Source: a virus (Duplodnaviria; Caudoviricetes). Taken from it: DNA of 32,299 nucleotides. The position numbers and the translations under genes are program-made. The stretch lies in IMG/VR virus record IMGVR_UViG_3300025530_000352, positions 1 through 32,299 of that record, one strand, 5' to 3'. The notes under the pieces were generated by a model. It was given only the letters and a program-made list of their open reading frames with translations, was not told where the DNA came from and did not search any database. Within the stretch, counting starts at the first letter, position 1, and each line of letters starts with the position of its first letter. This document shows positions 1-9,201 of this stretch, piece by piece.

Positions 1-279
1 GGCGGGGTAGATATCTTCACAGGCTCGCGGCTCACAGATCTGCCAAATGCATCTGTTCGCTTTCAGTACATGACTACTGCAGGCACCACTCAGATTGCGA
101 GTCTGGGAATGGCCGGCCTGAGACTTCTCGGGATTCCATTTGGACTTGGGGTCTTGCCAGAAAACCCAACTACATCCGTCACCAACGGCTTGATGTATTA
201 CAACTCCAGCAATCACACAATCAGAGTGAGAGTCAATAACGCTTGGAGGGAAATTCCAACGCAGCCAATTAGCTCCTAA
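1..279 (+). CDS. C-terminal part of a probable tail/tail-fibre protein (5' truncated)
   Basis: Frame is open from base 1 to TAA at 279; C-terminal GLMYYNSSNHTIRVRVNNAWREI resembles the short beta module ending many phage tail proteins. Confidence 0.55.
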   Translation, partial: GGVDIFTGSRLTDLPNASVRFQYMTTAGTTQIASLGMAGLRLLGIPFGLGVLPENPTTSVTNGLMYYNSSNHTIRVRVNNAWREIPTQPISS

Positions 280-295
280 TGAAAGGAGGATTCGT

Positions 296-529
296 GTGAA
301 CATCGAACGGTTGAAAGCTCGCCGGGAGGAACTTCAGAGGAGCTTAGCTGTAGTCGGGGAACAATATCGAGAGCTCCAGAACCAATCATTAAAGTTAGAG
401 GAAAGAGCTCTCATGCTCAAGGGAGCTTTGGGGGTCCTCGAAGAGCTGCTTGCAGATGCTGAAACTCCGGAAGACGCTCCCCAAGAAGACGAGTCTCCAG
501 AGGAAGAAGAAGCTAAAGATAAAATCTAA
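296..529 (+). CDS. small coiled-coil protein with acidic tail
   Basis: GAAAGGAGG SD then GTG; heptad Leu pattern. Confidence 0.75.
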   Translation: MNIERLKARREELQRSLAVVGEQYRELQNQSLKLEERALMLKGALGVLEELLADAETPEDAPQEDESPEEEEAKDKI

Positions 530-563
530 CGCGATTTAATCAAAAATCCCAATTCTCTCCGCA

Positions 564-596
564 AATATACCGGTAAATTCCGGTATATTATTTTTT
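564..596 (+). terminator. rho-independent terminator
   Basis: Stem AATATACCGG/CCGGTATATT, 6-nt loop, T tract. Confidence 0.75.
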
Positions 597-671
597 GGCC
601 TTCATATTTTGCTTGGCCAATTATTGGCATGATTCTGGTCTTCAGTGCTTTAAAGAATTTCTAGGGAGCTA

Positions 672-700
672 TTGTATTCCCAGCAAGGCTATCATATAAT
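672..700 (+). promoter_or_regulatory. sigmaA-type promoter (family copy 1)
   Basis: TTGTAT-N17-TATAAT, with TATCATATAAT. Confidence 0.7.
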
Positions 701-753
701 ATACATATAGCTTCAGATTTTGAATCTGAAGTCCATGGGAGGAGGTGAAATCG

Positions 754-1023
754 GTGGCTTGGGATGGGATGCAGTATAGAATGCTAGAACGAATTGCAGA
801 CACTTTGCAGGAAATCTCTGAAGGAATAGACCGGATGAATGATGCCTTAGAACGGCTCGCGGATTCAAGTAATTTGGAGGTGACTGCACATGAGCCTGTT
901 TGGACTGTACGCGTCGGCAGAAGTGATCAAAAAGACCCTGATCATGAGCGCCGTCGTCGCTGCCACTGTTGCGGGTGTACATGCCATTCCGTATCTGACT
1001 CCTCGCAGGAAGAAGCTCAATGA
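754..1023 (+). CDS. hypothetical protein overlapping the FtsK gene
   Basis: GGAGGAGG SD before GTG 754; N-terminal coiled-coil; last 134 nt overlap the next gene. Confidence 0.45.
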   Translation: MAWDGMQYRMLERIADTLQEISEGIDRMNDALERLADSSNLEVTAHEPVWTVRVGRSDQKDPDHERRRRCHCCGCTCHSVSDSSQEEAQ

Positions 1024-2062
1024 CATCTTTCTGCAAGGAGAGTTGTACGCAACGTCAACTCGCTTTGGAAAGCCGGTAAGGCGATTTCCGGAAGTCGAAG
1101 AAATCTCTTACTCTGTAGCGGATAAGCGGACTGACATCAAGATCAAAATTCCGTTTGGACTTGATCCTCAAAAAGTGCAAGACAAAGTTTGGATGTTCGA
1201 GCAAATGTTCGGCCAGGACATCTCTCTAGAGAAGTTGAATGCGTCCTATTTCAACTTCAGCATCTACGATATTCCTCTTCCGGATTCATTCGAATACTGC
1301 TACGAGGAAGTGTATCCAGTCCTTCTTGGAAAGCAGGTGCCAATCTTTGTAGGAAGAAGCCACTCTGGGCTTGTAGCTTACGACATGGCGGAGTATCCTC
1401 ACTTGATAGTTGCAGGAGAAACAGGAAGTGGCAAGTCTACGCAGCTGAGATCAATCTTGACTTCCTTGATCCAATTCAAGTCGCCGGATGATTTACAGCT
1501 GTTTCTGGGAGACTTGAAGAAGGCGGAATTTCATTTATTTAAACGTTGCAAACATACGCGAAGATACGCAGTTACTGCAGGCGAACTGCTGGAGATGTTG
1601 CGGGAAGTATCCCGGGAACTTATGACACGTACGGAGTACCTCGATCAGTATGAGGTAACTCACGTGAACCAGCTTCCGTTCAAACTTCCTTCGATAATTG
1701 TCTGCATCGATGAAGTTGCGCTACTTAAGAAAGACAAGGACATCATGTCGAAGATGAGTGAGATCGGAACTATCGGAAGAGCCTTAGGAGTCTACTTGAT
1801 TCTCTCAATGCAACGCCCGGACAGCGATGTTATCGAAGGCGGCTTGAAGAACAACCTTACAGTTCGAATGGCGTTCAGGCACGCGGATCAAATCAACTAC
1901 CGGATCACTCTTGGAACTGAGGCTCCTGTTGAGATCAGTCACAGTCAAAGGGGTAGGATGTGGCTCAAGCAAGACTCCCTGAGAATCGTGCAGGCGCCGT
2001 TGCTAGAATCTGAAGAGGCGAAGAAGCTCTTGACAAGACACTATGTTTATGAAGGAGAATGA
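890..2062 (+). CDS. FtsK/SpoIIIE-family ATPase
   Basis: PHLIVAGETGSGKS Walker A, IIVCIDE Walker B, GRALGVYLILSMQRP; N-terminal hydrophobic segment. Confidence 0.92.
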   Translation: MSLFGLYASAEVIKKTLIMSAVVAATVAGVHAIPYLTPRRKKLNDIFLQGELYATSTRFGKPVRRFPEVEEISYSVADKRTDIKIKIPFGLDPQKVQDKVWMFEQMFGQDISLEKLNASYFNFSIYDIPLPDSFEYCYEEVYPVLLGKQVPIFVGRSHSGLVAYDMAEYPHLIVAGETGSGKSTQLRSILTSLIQFKSPDDLQLFLGDLKKAEFHLFKRCKHTRRYAVTAGELLEMLREVSRELMTRTEYLDQYEVTHVNQLPFKLPSIIVCIDEVALLKKDKDIMSKMSEIGTIGRALGVYLILSMQRPDSDVIEGGLKNNLTVRMAFRHADQINYRITLGTEAPVEISHSQRGRMWLKQDSLRIVQAPLLESEEAKKLLTRHYVYEGE

Positions 2063-3393
2063 AAATGCAAGAAGTTGCGGAAATAGTCTTTAGCATTGGG
2101 AAGTGTTCTTCTCGAATCGAGAAGGAGCGCATCCTCGCAGACAACCGAAGCAACACGACCCTCCTGAGAGTACTGAGATTCATCTTCGACCCATACGTAC
2201 GTACCGGAATTGGAAAGACCAACCTAAAACGCAACGTAGGAGAAGTGCAGTGTGGGCAGAAGCTCGACTTGCTGGATGTGCTTATGTACTTCAAGCGCAA
2301 CAACACCGGCAGAACAGAAGACATTCGAGTTGCTCAGGCGTTCATTGCGCAGCAGGAGACTGAGGAAGCGAAGAAACTCGCGGAGGCCATTGTAACACAG
2401 GATCTGAGGATCGGAGTCACTGCGGCGACGCTCAACAAAATTTACGGGAAGAACTTCATTCCGATCATCGGTATCATGCGCGGAGCTCACTACAAGGATG
2501 TAGTAGGAAAGGTCAAAGGGCCATACATCGTAACCGAGAAGCTTGATGGAGCTCGTCGAATAATTGCCAATATCGATGGAGAGATACTCATCTACACACG
2601 TAGCGGACACCGAGATGAAGGATTGGTGGAAGTTGAAGCGGAGGCAAAGCTGCTTCCGAAGAATTACGTGTACGATGCAGAGCTCCTTGCTGTAGGAGAA
2701 TTCCCGAACGCGCTAGCACTGCGGCAAGCTACTAACTCCATTGCAAATCGTAAGGGAATTCGTCAAGGAGTCGTTGCGAACATCTTTGACATGATTCCAC
2801 TGGATGAGTTCCAAGCAGGGGTATCTCGCGAGACAGCCCTCCAAAGAAAAGTGAATCTCGCGGCAGTATTCCATGACTATCAGTCCCTGAAGATTCTTCA
2901 GGCATATGTTCCGATCGAACCTCCGATTGAGAAGTATCCCGTGAGAACATTTCACGCTCTTAAGCCAGTCCCAATCCTTGGAGTTGCATATGATGAAAGC
3001 GACATAATGAAATTCGCAAGACCTATTTGGGATGCGGGATTCGAAGGAGTAATGCTCAATACTTTCGACGGACTTTACGAAGTAGGTGAAACCGAACGGC
3101 GACAGCTTCTCAAGGTGAAGAAAGTAAACGAGTATGTGCTCAAGTGCATAGGAGTCTTTCCTGGAGAGGGTCGTCTTGAAGGGACTCTCGGCGGAATCAT
3201 CCTAAGCTATAAAGGGCACCACGTTCGCTGCGGAACTGGATTCACGGATGATCAACGGGACTACTATTGGAATAATCGCGAAGCAATCGTAGGTAAGCTG
3301 ATTGAGATTGAGAGCTTTGGGGAGTCACGCAATCAGCAAGGAGGGCTTTCGCTCAACGTTCCGGTATTCAAGCGCATTGTAGGAGACGAATGA
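2059..3393 (+). CDS. ATP-dependent DNA ligase
   Basis: EKLDGAR (KxDG), EGVML, LKVK, CGTGFTD in the OB domain. Confidence 0.93.
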   Translation: MKMQEVAEIVFSIGKCSSRIEKERILADNRSNTTLLRVLRFIFDPYVRTGIGKTNLKRNVGEVQCGQKLDLLDVLMYFKRNNTGRTEDIRVAQAFIAQQETEEAKKLAEAIVTQDLRIGVTAATLNKIYGKNFIPIIGIMRGAHYKDVVGKVKGPYIVTEKLDGARRIIANIDGEILIYTRSGHRDEGLVEVEAEAKLLPKNYVYDAELLAVGEFPNALALRQATNSIANRKGIRQGVVANIFDMIPLDEFQAGVSRETALQRKVNLAAVFHDYQSLKILQAYVPIEPPIEKYPVRTFHALKPVPILGVAYDESDIMKFARPIWDAGFEGVMLNTFDGLYEVGETERRQLLKVKKVNEYVLKCIGVFPGEGRLEGTLGGIILSYKGHHVRCGTGFTDDQRDYYWNNREAIVGKLIEIESFGESRNQQGGLSLNVPVFKRIVGDE

Positions 3394-3399
3394 AAGGAG

Positions 3400-3699
3400 G
3401 TGATTTCGTTGAAAATTACTCTAAAGCAGGCTCAGAAGCGGCTTGCAATACTTCAGAGGGAGTTGGATTTCTTTGTTAGCCTTCAAGCACGCTTTGAACG
3501 AGATCCTGAACTAATTCCTTCCGGAAGAGTGAAGCAGCAAATTGACACTTGGGCGGAGTGCGTTCGGGAAGAGTGCAGCGCGCTGGTAGCAGAACTCGAG
3601 AGAGTAATGGTCGAAGTTCCATTAATCGAAGTGGAATACGAGGAGGACAACCTTGATGGAAGAAAATGCGACGAAGAAGAAAGTGATTTGGATCAGTGA
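3400..3699 (+). CDS. hypothetical protein
   Basis: GAAAGGAGG SD; ORF follows ligase directly; exact start uncertain. Confidence 0.65.
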   Translation: MISLKITLKQAQKRLAILQRELDFFVSLQARFERDPELIPSGRVKQQIDTWAECVREECSALVAELERVMVEVPLIEVEYEEDNLDGRKCDEEESDLDQ

Positions 3700-3886
3700 C
3701 CACGACGGTTGCCGCTACGAGGAAGAGATGACCCGCGAGGATTTCATGTCGCTGGAAGCAAGCCTCAACCGGTACGAGGGTGGAAGGATCATTTCTTCAG
3801 AGTGGGCGGGCAAGGAACTGTATGGAAAAACCGACGATGAGGAATATTGCAGTGGGAAGGAGTCTGCAACCGATGAGTGCGATTGA
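3653..3886 (+). CDS. hypothetical protein
   Basis: GAGGAGG SD; tiles with neighbours. Confidence 0.55.
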   Translation: MMEENATKKKVIWISDHDGCRYEEEMTREDFMSLEASLNRYEGGRIISSEWAGKELYGKTDDEEYCSGKESATDECD

Positions 3887-4121
3887 TCGGGAAAAGTTGC
3901 TGGAACTGATCAAATCCAGAAAAACAAAGCTTGCTGGAAGCTACAAGGATATTGAATATGGCGCTTACATGGAACTTGAAACAATAGAAGCGTATATTGA
4001 ATCTGGCGCGTTCGATGTGCGGGAGAAGGAGCCGCAAGACACATTCAGCCGAGCAATGCTATGGGAACTGGAAAAGATCGAGGAATATAAGCGAGCGAAG
4101 GAGGACGACGGGCATGAGTGA
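3873..4121 (+). CDS. hypothetical protein (MSAIDREKLLELI...)
   Basis: AAGGAG SD before ATG 3873; IDREKLL start is typical of small Bacillota phage proteins. Confidence 0.65.
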   Translation: MSAIDREKLLELIKSRKTKLAGSYKDIEYGAYMELETIEAYIESGAFDVREKEPQDTFSRAMLWELEKIEEYKRAKEDDGHE

Positions 4122-4383
4122 CCGGGAAATGAAGATCGCAGAGATTAGGGAAGCGCTGTCGAAAGCAGCGCCGGGGCCTTGGTTCGCAGTAAAAGTTGAT
4201 TCAGACAGTTACTCGATATCAAACAAACCAGGACACTACGGACACTCCATTACAGGATGGGGGAGAGTGCTTCAGACAAAAGAAGACGCCCATCTCATCG
4301 CCAACGCTCCAGAATAGCTCGGCTTCCTGCTGGATGAACTTGACCGCATACATCTTGAAGCCGGTGAAGAGGAGACTCTGTGA
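4114..4383 (+). pseudogene. ead/Ea22-like small phage protein interrupted by in-frame TAG at 4315-4317
   Basis: APGPW...DAHLIANAPE*LGFLLDELDR: the family-like motif continues past the TAG to TGA 4381-4383. Confidence 0.6.
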
Positions 4384-4384
4384 A

Positions 4385-4640
4385 CACCCCGGCAGGGGGC
4401 TTATGCGCATCCGGGCTCTGGGCGGAAATCAGAATTCTAAATACACCCCAGAGGGGGCGAAGATTAAATCCCCCGCCCGGGTGAATTTATTCTATTAAAT
4501 CACACCAACAATGGGATGGACAGGGTTAATAGGCTTTTATTAATAACAGGCTCTCTATAGATATATTCTATTTAATTTAGTAGTAGTAGATAGATATATA
4601 TATATATAATATATAGTAGAGCCCCTGTCCAATCCCACTG
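4385..4640. other. putative replication origin
   Basis: Three CACCC-N4/5-GGGGG boxes, then a very AT-rich core with a (TA)n run inside an imperfect inverted repeat (4509-4525 / 4623-4640). Confidence 0.5.
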
Positions 4641-4669
4641 TGGGATACCCGTTATAAGGAGGATTACCT

Positions 4670-4891
4670 ATGAGGTCTGCAGAGCGTCAACGTGAACTGT
4701 TGGGAGAGATTCGTAAGGAGCTCAAGAAGCACGGAATCAAGATCAAGTTCATTCATGCGGTACATGAAGACATCGTCTTCAAGATCTCCCCGGAAACCCC
4801 AGATTCAGTCTCTAAGGCGTATGAGGTCATTCTCGACGTAGTGAAAGTACAGGTTCCGGAAGCCGTGGTAAAAATCGAGCAACTGGACTAA
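4670..4891 (+). CDS. hypothetical protein
   Basis: TAAGGAGG SD, ATG. Confidence 0.75.
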   Translation: MRSAERQRELLGEIRKELKKHGIKIKFIHAVHEDIVFKISPETPDSVSKAYEVILDVVKVQVPEAVVKIEQLD

Positions 4892-4921
4892 AAATTCTTT
4901 TCTGGAATCTACAGAAAAACA

Positions 4922-4950
4922 TTGATTTCCTGTTCGTCCTATCATATAAT
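4922..4950 (+). promoter_or_regulatory. sigmaA-type promoter (copy 2)
   Basis: TTGATT-N17-TATAAT. Confidence 0.8.
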
Positions 4951-4996
4951 TAAATCATCAGTACAATCAAGAACAACTGATAAGGAGGAAGGTCAA

Positions 4997-5569
4997 ATGA
5001 CTGAGAAGACTGTGGAGTCAAAGTCGGTTAAGGTCAAGGTCAGGGATACCCGGAAGGGCGATATGAAGCAAGCGGAGCCTGTAGCAGAGAACGTCCAAGC
5101 AGCGCCTGTAGAGGTTCCAGCGGAACAAGTTTCAACGGAGAAGGCTGCAAAGCCTAGAGAGGGTAGCGAAGTCTCTCTGGAAGAGGTGCAGCAGGTGATC
5201 GACGCTGCATCCATTGAGGAGGCTATCCGTGCTCAAGTGGGTGACAAGCCTGTGGATGTGGAAGTTCCTTACGGTGACCTGATCAAGCTTGCGAAACTGC
5301 GGGACAACAGCCGCCAAGCGTACAAGGAGAATGAGGTGCGGTTCAAGAACGCGCTGAATGACAAAGTCATCACTGAGCAACGCCTTGCAGAACGTCCGGA
5401 TCCAGTACTGTCGGAGTTTGTTGCGGAGTTGGAATTCGCGCTGTGCAAGTACGTCAGCAAGATGCGCAAGTATCTGAAACGGTACGACGCTGCCCGGGCG
5501 GGCATTGCGGAAATTCGCAATGCTGAAGCTAAGGCCGCTGAAACTTCCGGAGAGCAATCCGGCAACTAA
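4997..5569 (+). CDS. hypothetical protein, low-complexity N-terminus and helical C-terminus
   Basis: TAAGGAGG SD before ATG 4997. Confidence 0.75.
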   Translation: MTEKTVESKSVKVKVRDTRKGDMKQAEPVAENVQAAPVEVPAEQVSTEKAAKPREGSEVSLEEVQQVIDAASIEEAIRAQVGDKPVDVEVPYGDLIKLAKLRDNSRQAYKENEVRFKNALNDKVITEQRLAERPDPVLSEFVAELEFALCKYVSKMRKYLKRYDAARAGIAEIRNAEAKAAETSGEQSGN

Positions 5570-5592
5570 TTTACATCTGGGGAGGAATTCTA

Positions 5593-5736
5593 ATGAAAAG
5601 TGTAGTTGCGGAGATCATTGATCTGAGAAAGAAAGGCACACCGGTGTATCTGACTGCTGCGGGAATTCAGGCCGTCACTTCTGTGATGCAGTCTGGCAGT
5701 ACTGCATCTCAAATGACTCAACAGCTGTACAAGTAA
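5593..5736 (+). CDS. 47-aa hypothetical protein (not in ORF track)
   Basis: GGGGAGG SD, ATG, MKSVVAEIIDLRKKG...LYK*, followed by terminator. Confidence 0.65.
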   Translation: MKSVVAEIIDLRKKGTPVYLTAAGIQAVTSVMQSGSTASQMTQQLYK

Positions 5737-5746
5737 GAATTTCTCC

Positions 5747-5777
5747 TCCTATCACTTCGGTGATAGGACTTCTTTTT
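5747..5777 (+). terminator. rho-independent terminator
   Basis: TCCTATCAC-TTCG-GTGATAGGA (cUUCGg loop) then T-rich tail. Confidence 0.8.
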
Positions 5778-5896
5778 GGGATTCGAGCACCCAAGGTCAG
5801 GGTGCCTAAAAATGAGCCGTGACGGCTGCAGGGCGCGATGGACTGAAAAAGGATATCCCGACCGTTTCGCAAGATTAATAAGGAGAGTTGGCCTCA

Positions 5897-6352
5897 ATGA
5901 ACATACTCTGTTTCGATCCAGGAAAGTATACTGGATGGACATTCTGGGAAGCCGGAGTTGCGAAGGATTGTGAGATCGTTCGTACATTGCTGGACCTTCG
6001 ACTGCTATTCGCGAAGTACGCTAAGCAAGTTGACGTGGTAGTTCTCGAGGGGTTCGCTAGAGGAACGTCTGGTACGGAAGATCAGATCCACGCAATCGAA
6101 ATGTGCGGTGCGATCAAAATGATGGCTACATACTATGGCAAAGACATCTCTGTTCAATACCCCGCAAATCGTAAGGGGTACATCGCTTTTGCGAAGGAGC
6201 TCCGCGTAGTCCGAAAGGTACCTACGGATGTTCGAAGGCACGTTATTGACTCTGCAGCGCATGGATTGACATTCTATGGAAAGAAGGGTTACAATTGGCT
6301 AGAGCTAAACTCACTGCCCAAAAATCTAATGTTCACGGGATTAGAAGATTAA
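5897..6352 (+). CDS. RuvC-like Holliday junction resolvase (RNase H fold)
   Basis: ILCFDPGKYTGW, VVVLE, late HVIDS acidic residue. Confidence 0.75.
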   Translation: MNILCFDPGKYTGWTFWEAGVAKDCEIVRTLLDLRLLFAKYAKQVDVVVLEGFARGTSGTEDQIHAIEMCGAIKMMATYYGKDISVQYPANRKGYIAFAKELRVVRKVPTDVRRHVIDSAAHGLTFYGKKGYNWLELNSLPKNLMFTGLED

Positions 6353-7986
6353 TCCTCGAATGCTCGCTTCAAGATCGTAGCAAGGCGACTCTGCCCTTAG
6401 GGGCGAGTCGTCTTAAGGCTGGAAGCTACTCCTATCCGCCGGATGAGATTGTTGTCCTCACTCTCAAGCACTTGTTTGGAGAGGATTTGGAAATCGACCC
6501 TGTTGTGCAGGCGTGGTACAATGAGTGGACGGACCACTGCAAGGAGCTTCTCGAAATTGTCTCTCAGGAGGATGCTGAAATCCCATCTTTGCCTTGGCAA
6601 GAAGTCCTGAAGCCTTACCAGCGGGTAGGCGTGAAGTTCGCACTTGCTTCCAAAGGATGCATCATTGGGGATGACAGGGGGCTTGGAAAGACCTTGCAGG
6701 CAATTTCGGTTGCCCGGGCTTTGGATGCGAAGCGGGTCCTTGTAGTGGCTCCGGGGTATTTGAAGAATGGCTGGCGACGGGAGATAGAGCACTGGACAAA
6801 TCAGTTTGCAGTGGTGTGCAATGGAGATCGCGCCAAGCGGGAGAGTGCGATAGAGCTCTTCAAGGATTCACCAGAGACGCCCTACCTAATCGTTAACTAC
6901 GAGATGATTCGTGAGAAAGTTCAGTCGGGAGGATATCCTCAACTCCTGAACATGGAGTGGGATGTAGTGCTCTTCGACGAAGCTCACCGACTCAAGGGGA
7001 GAGACAGTCAATGGGTTATAGGTGCTAAGAAGTTGAAGGCGAAGAGGAAGTACCTGCTGACTGGCAACCCTATCGCGAACCGTCCTGACGAGGTCTGGCA
7101 ATTGCTCAACATTCTGGATCCGAATCGGTTCACGAGCTACTGGGCCTTTGTGGAGTATTTCTGCAACCTCGTGGACACTTTCTTTGGAAAGGAGATTCAG
7201 GGTGTACGTAAGGAGCACTTGGCGCAGTTGCAGTTTACACTACAGCCTTATTTGATTCGGAGATTGAAGCAAGAAGTAGCTCCATGGCTACCTGAGAAGA
7301 TTCACAAGGTCATCGAAGTGGAGCTTGAGGGGAAACAGAAGACGTTCTACAAGGTTGCAGAGAAGCACATGCTCCTTGCGCTTGAATCCGGAGGCATGGA
7401 AGTTATTGAGACTGTCGTTGAACAGAACATTCGCTTGCAACAGGCAATCGCAAATCCTGCAATCATTGGAGGGCCAGATGAATCTATCGTCGAGAAGACC
7501 GCTCTTGAGATGCTGGAAGACTTGCTCGAAGCTGGGGAGAAAGTCATCGTAGGCCTGTGGTTCGTAGACGCGGTGAAGTTGTTCTCGAAGAAACTCTCTC
7601 AAAGGAATATCAAGCACTTCGTAATTACCGGAGAGGTGAAAGCAGATGCTCGAGATACGATTGTCCAGCAATTCAAAACCCTCGAGGAACCATGTGTTCT
7701 TATCGGTGGGATCCGCGCTATGTCTGAGGGTATTAACGCCGACGAATGCGACCACATCATATTCATGGACAAGTCCTGGACACCACTTGACAATGAACAG
7801 TTCATGGATCGCATCCACAGAATTACCTCCACCAGGACGAAGAACTACTACCATATCGTAGTTAAGGACACTGTCTCAGAAGACCGAGAAGAGACCCTAC
7901 AGGAGAAGTCTGAGATGATCGACGAGATCCTCGCGATGAAGGCCGTAGCAGAGAAGGTCAGAAAGCGGCATGAATCTAAGGCCTAA
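6295..7986 (+). CDS. SNF2-family (SF2) helicase/ATPase
   Basis: LKPYQ, DDRGLGKT, FDEAH, LLTGNP, EGIN, DRIHRI; start codon uncertain. Confidence 0.92.
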   Translation: MARAKLTAQKSNVHGIRRLILECSLQDRSKATLPLGASRLKAGSYSYPPDEIVVLTLKHLFGEDLEIDPVVQAWYNEWTDHCKELLEIVSQEDAEIPSLPWQEVLKPYQRVGVKFALASKGCIIGDDRGLGKTLQAISVARALDAKRVLVVAPGYLKNGWRREIEHWTNQFAVVCNGDRAKRESAIELFKDSPETPYLIVNYEMIREKVQSGGYPQLLNMEWDVVLFDEAHRLKGRDSQWVIGAKKLKAKRKYLLTGNPIANRPDEVWQLLNILDPNRFTSYWAFVEYFCNLVDTFFGKEIQGVRKEHLAQLQFTLQPYLIRRLKQEVAPWLPEKIHKVIEVELEGKQKTFYKVAEKHMLLALESGGMEVIETVVEQNIRLQQAIANPAIIGGPDESIVEKTALEMLEDLLEAGEKVIVGLWFVDAVKLFSKKLSQRNIKHFVITGEVKADARDTIVQQFKTLEEPCVLIGGIRAMSEGINADECDHIIFMDKSWTPLDNEQFMDRIHRITSTRTKNYYHIVVKDTVSEDREETLQEKSEMIDEILAMKAVAEKVRKRHESKA

Positions 7987-8002
7987 CAGTCCATAATAGA
8001 CA

Positions 8003-8031
8003 TTGATTTTTCTGGGAAGATATCGTATAAT
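8003..8031 (+). promoter_or_regulatory. sigmaA-type promoter (copy 3)
   Basis: TTGATT-N17-TATAAT. Confidence 0.8.
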
Positions 8032-8061
8032 ATAATCATAGCCCAGAAAGGAGGTGAGAAG

Positions 8062-9201
8062 GTGAGAACATATGAGGAGTACTCTGAGTGGCTCCAGGCG
8101 CATCTTAAGCAGCTTGAAGTCGAAGGCGTTCGGATATTCAAGCTCTCCACTACAGAGCGCGAAGAGTTCAAGAGATGTCGACGCCGCTGGGATTTCGCAT
8201 CGCTGTCTCGGCAAGGGTTAGAGCCTAAGCGGCCGGCACATGCTTTGTGGTTCGGCACTGGAATCCATCTTGGGCTAGAGAAGTACTACGGAGAGAACCT
8301 AGACCCCTCCAAGGTGTTTCGAGAATGGGGTTCTCAGGAGATCGAAAGGCTTCGAGCGGCCCAAGGGTTCTTGTGGGTGGAGGAGATCAACGCTTTCGAG
8401 GAGACAATTGATCTTGGCTGCAAGATGCTCGAGAACTACGTGGCATGGGCTCAAGAGCGGGACCCGCAGGATTTCGTGGAAGTCATTTACACGGAAAAAG
8501 AGTTTCAAGTTCCAGTGAGAGATTTGCAGGGTAACATTGCTAGGTTCACGGATGCTGGAGGTCAAGTGTGGGAGATTCATCTGGTAGGAAGACTTGACAT
8601 GATCGTGAGAGACTCCCTTGACCGGATCTGGCTACAGGATCACAAGACTTCTAAGGACAAGCTGGATCCAGAAATTCTGATTCACAATGACCAGATGGTG
8701 GTCTATCTTTGGGCAGCGCAGGAGATATTCCAAGTTCCTTTCGCTGGGGCCTTCTACAACGTGTTGCGGAAAAAGCTTCCTACAGTGCCGAGAGTACTTG
8801 CAAATGGACGCGGACTTTCGCAGGATAAGAATATCGACACTACATACGAGGTCTATTACAATGCAATTGTAGAAAACGGGTTTGATCCTGAGGATTACAG
8901 CGAGATTCTGGAGCATTTGAAGTCGAAGCCCAATACATTCTTTCAACGGGAGAAGGTGCGAAAGAATCAGCATGAAATTCGTATGGCTGGGGCTATGCTG
9001 TACTTGGAAGCAGTCGACATGCTCAATAGTCCATTCATATATCCCAACAAAACTTGGGATTGTAAATGGGACTGCGATTTCGCAAAGCTATGTCTCTCGA
9101 TCGATCGAGGAGACGACACCGCGTGGATGCTAGAGCATCTATATCAGAAGAGAACTCCAGAAGAAGGGAGTGTGTATAATCGTGAACGAACAGATGAGTA
9201 G
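8062..9201 (+). CDS. PD-(D/E)XK exonuclease, Cas4/RecB-like, probable Fe-S cluster
   Basis: N-terminal CRRR, GTGIH, GRLD, DHKT, Q..Y, C-terminal CKWDCDFAKLC. Confidence 0.88.
   Translation: MRTYEEYSEWLQAHLKQLEVEGVRIFKLSTTEREEFKRCRRRWDFASLSRQGLEPKRPAHALWFGTGIHLGLEKYYGENLDPSKVFREWGSQEIERLRAAQGFLWVEEINAFEETIDLGCKMLENYVAWAQERDPQDFVEVIYTEKEFQVPVRDLQGNIARFTDAGGQVWEIHLVGRLDMIVRDSLDRIWLQDHKTSKDKLDPEILIHNDQMVVYLWAAQEIFQVPFAGAFYNVLRKKLPTVPRVLANGRGLSQDKNIDTTYEVYYNAIVENGFDPEDYSEILEHLKSKPNTFFQREKVRKNQHEIRMAGAMLYLEAVDMLNSPFIYPNKTWDCKWDCDFAKLCLSIDRGDDTAWMLEHLYQKRTPEEGSVYNRERTDE

Noticed and set aside
4315-4317. Genome-wide TAG recoding
   Set aside because: Long genes are uninterrupted and TAG ends genes cleanly at 9201, 9523, 24051 and 26308
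8062-9201. Cas4 as part of a CRISPR system
   Set aside because: No cas1/cas2 or array; the context is the standard phage nuclease-ATPase-SSB recombination module
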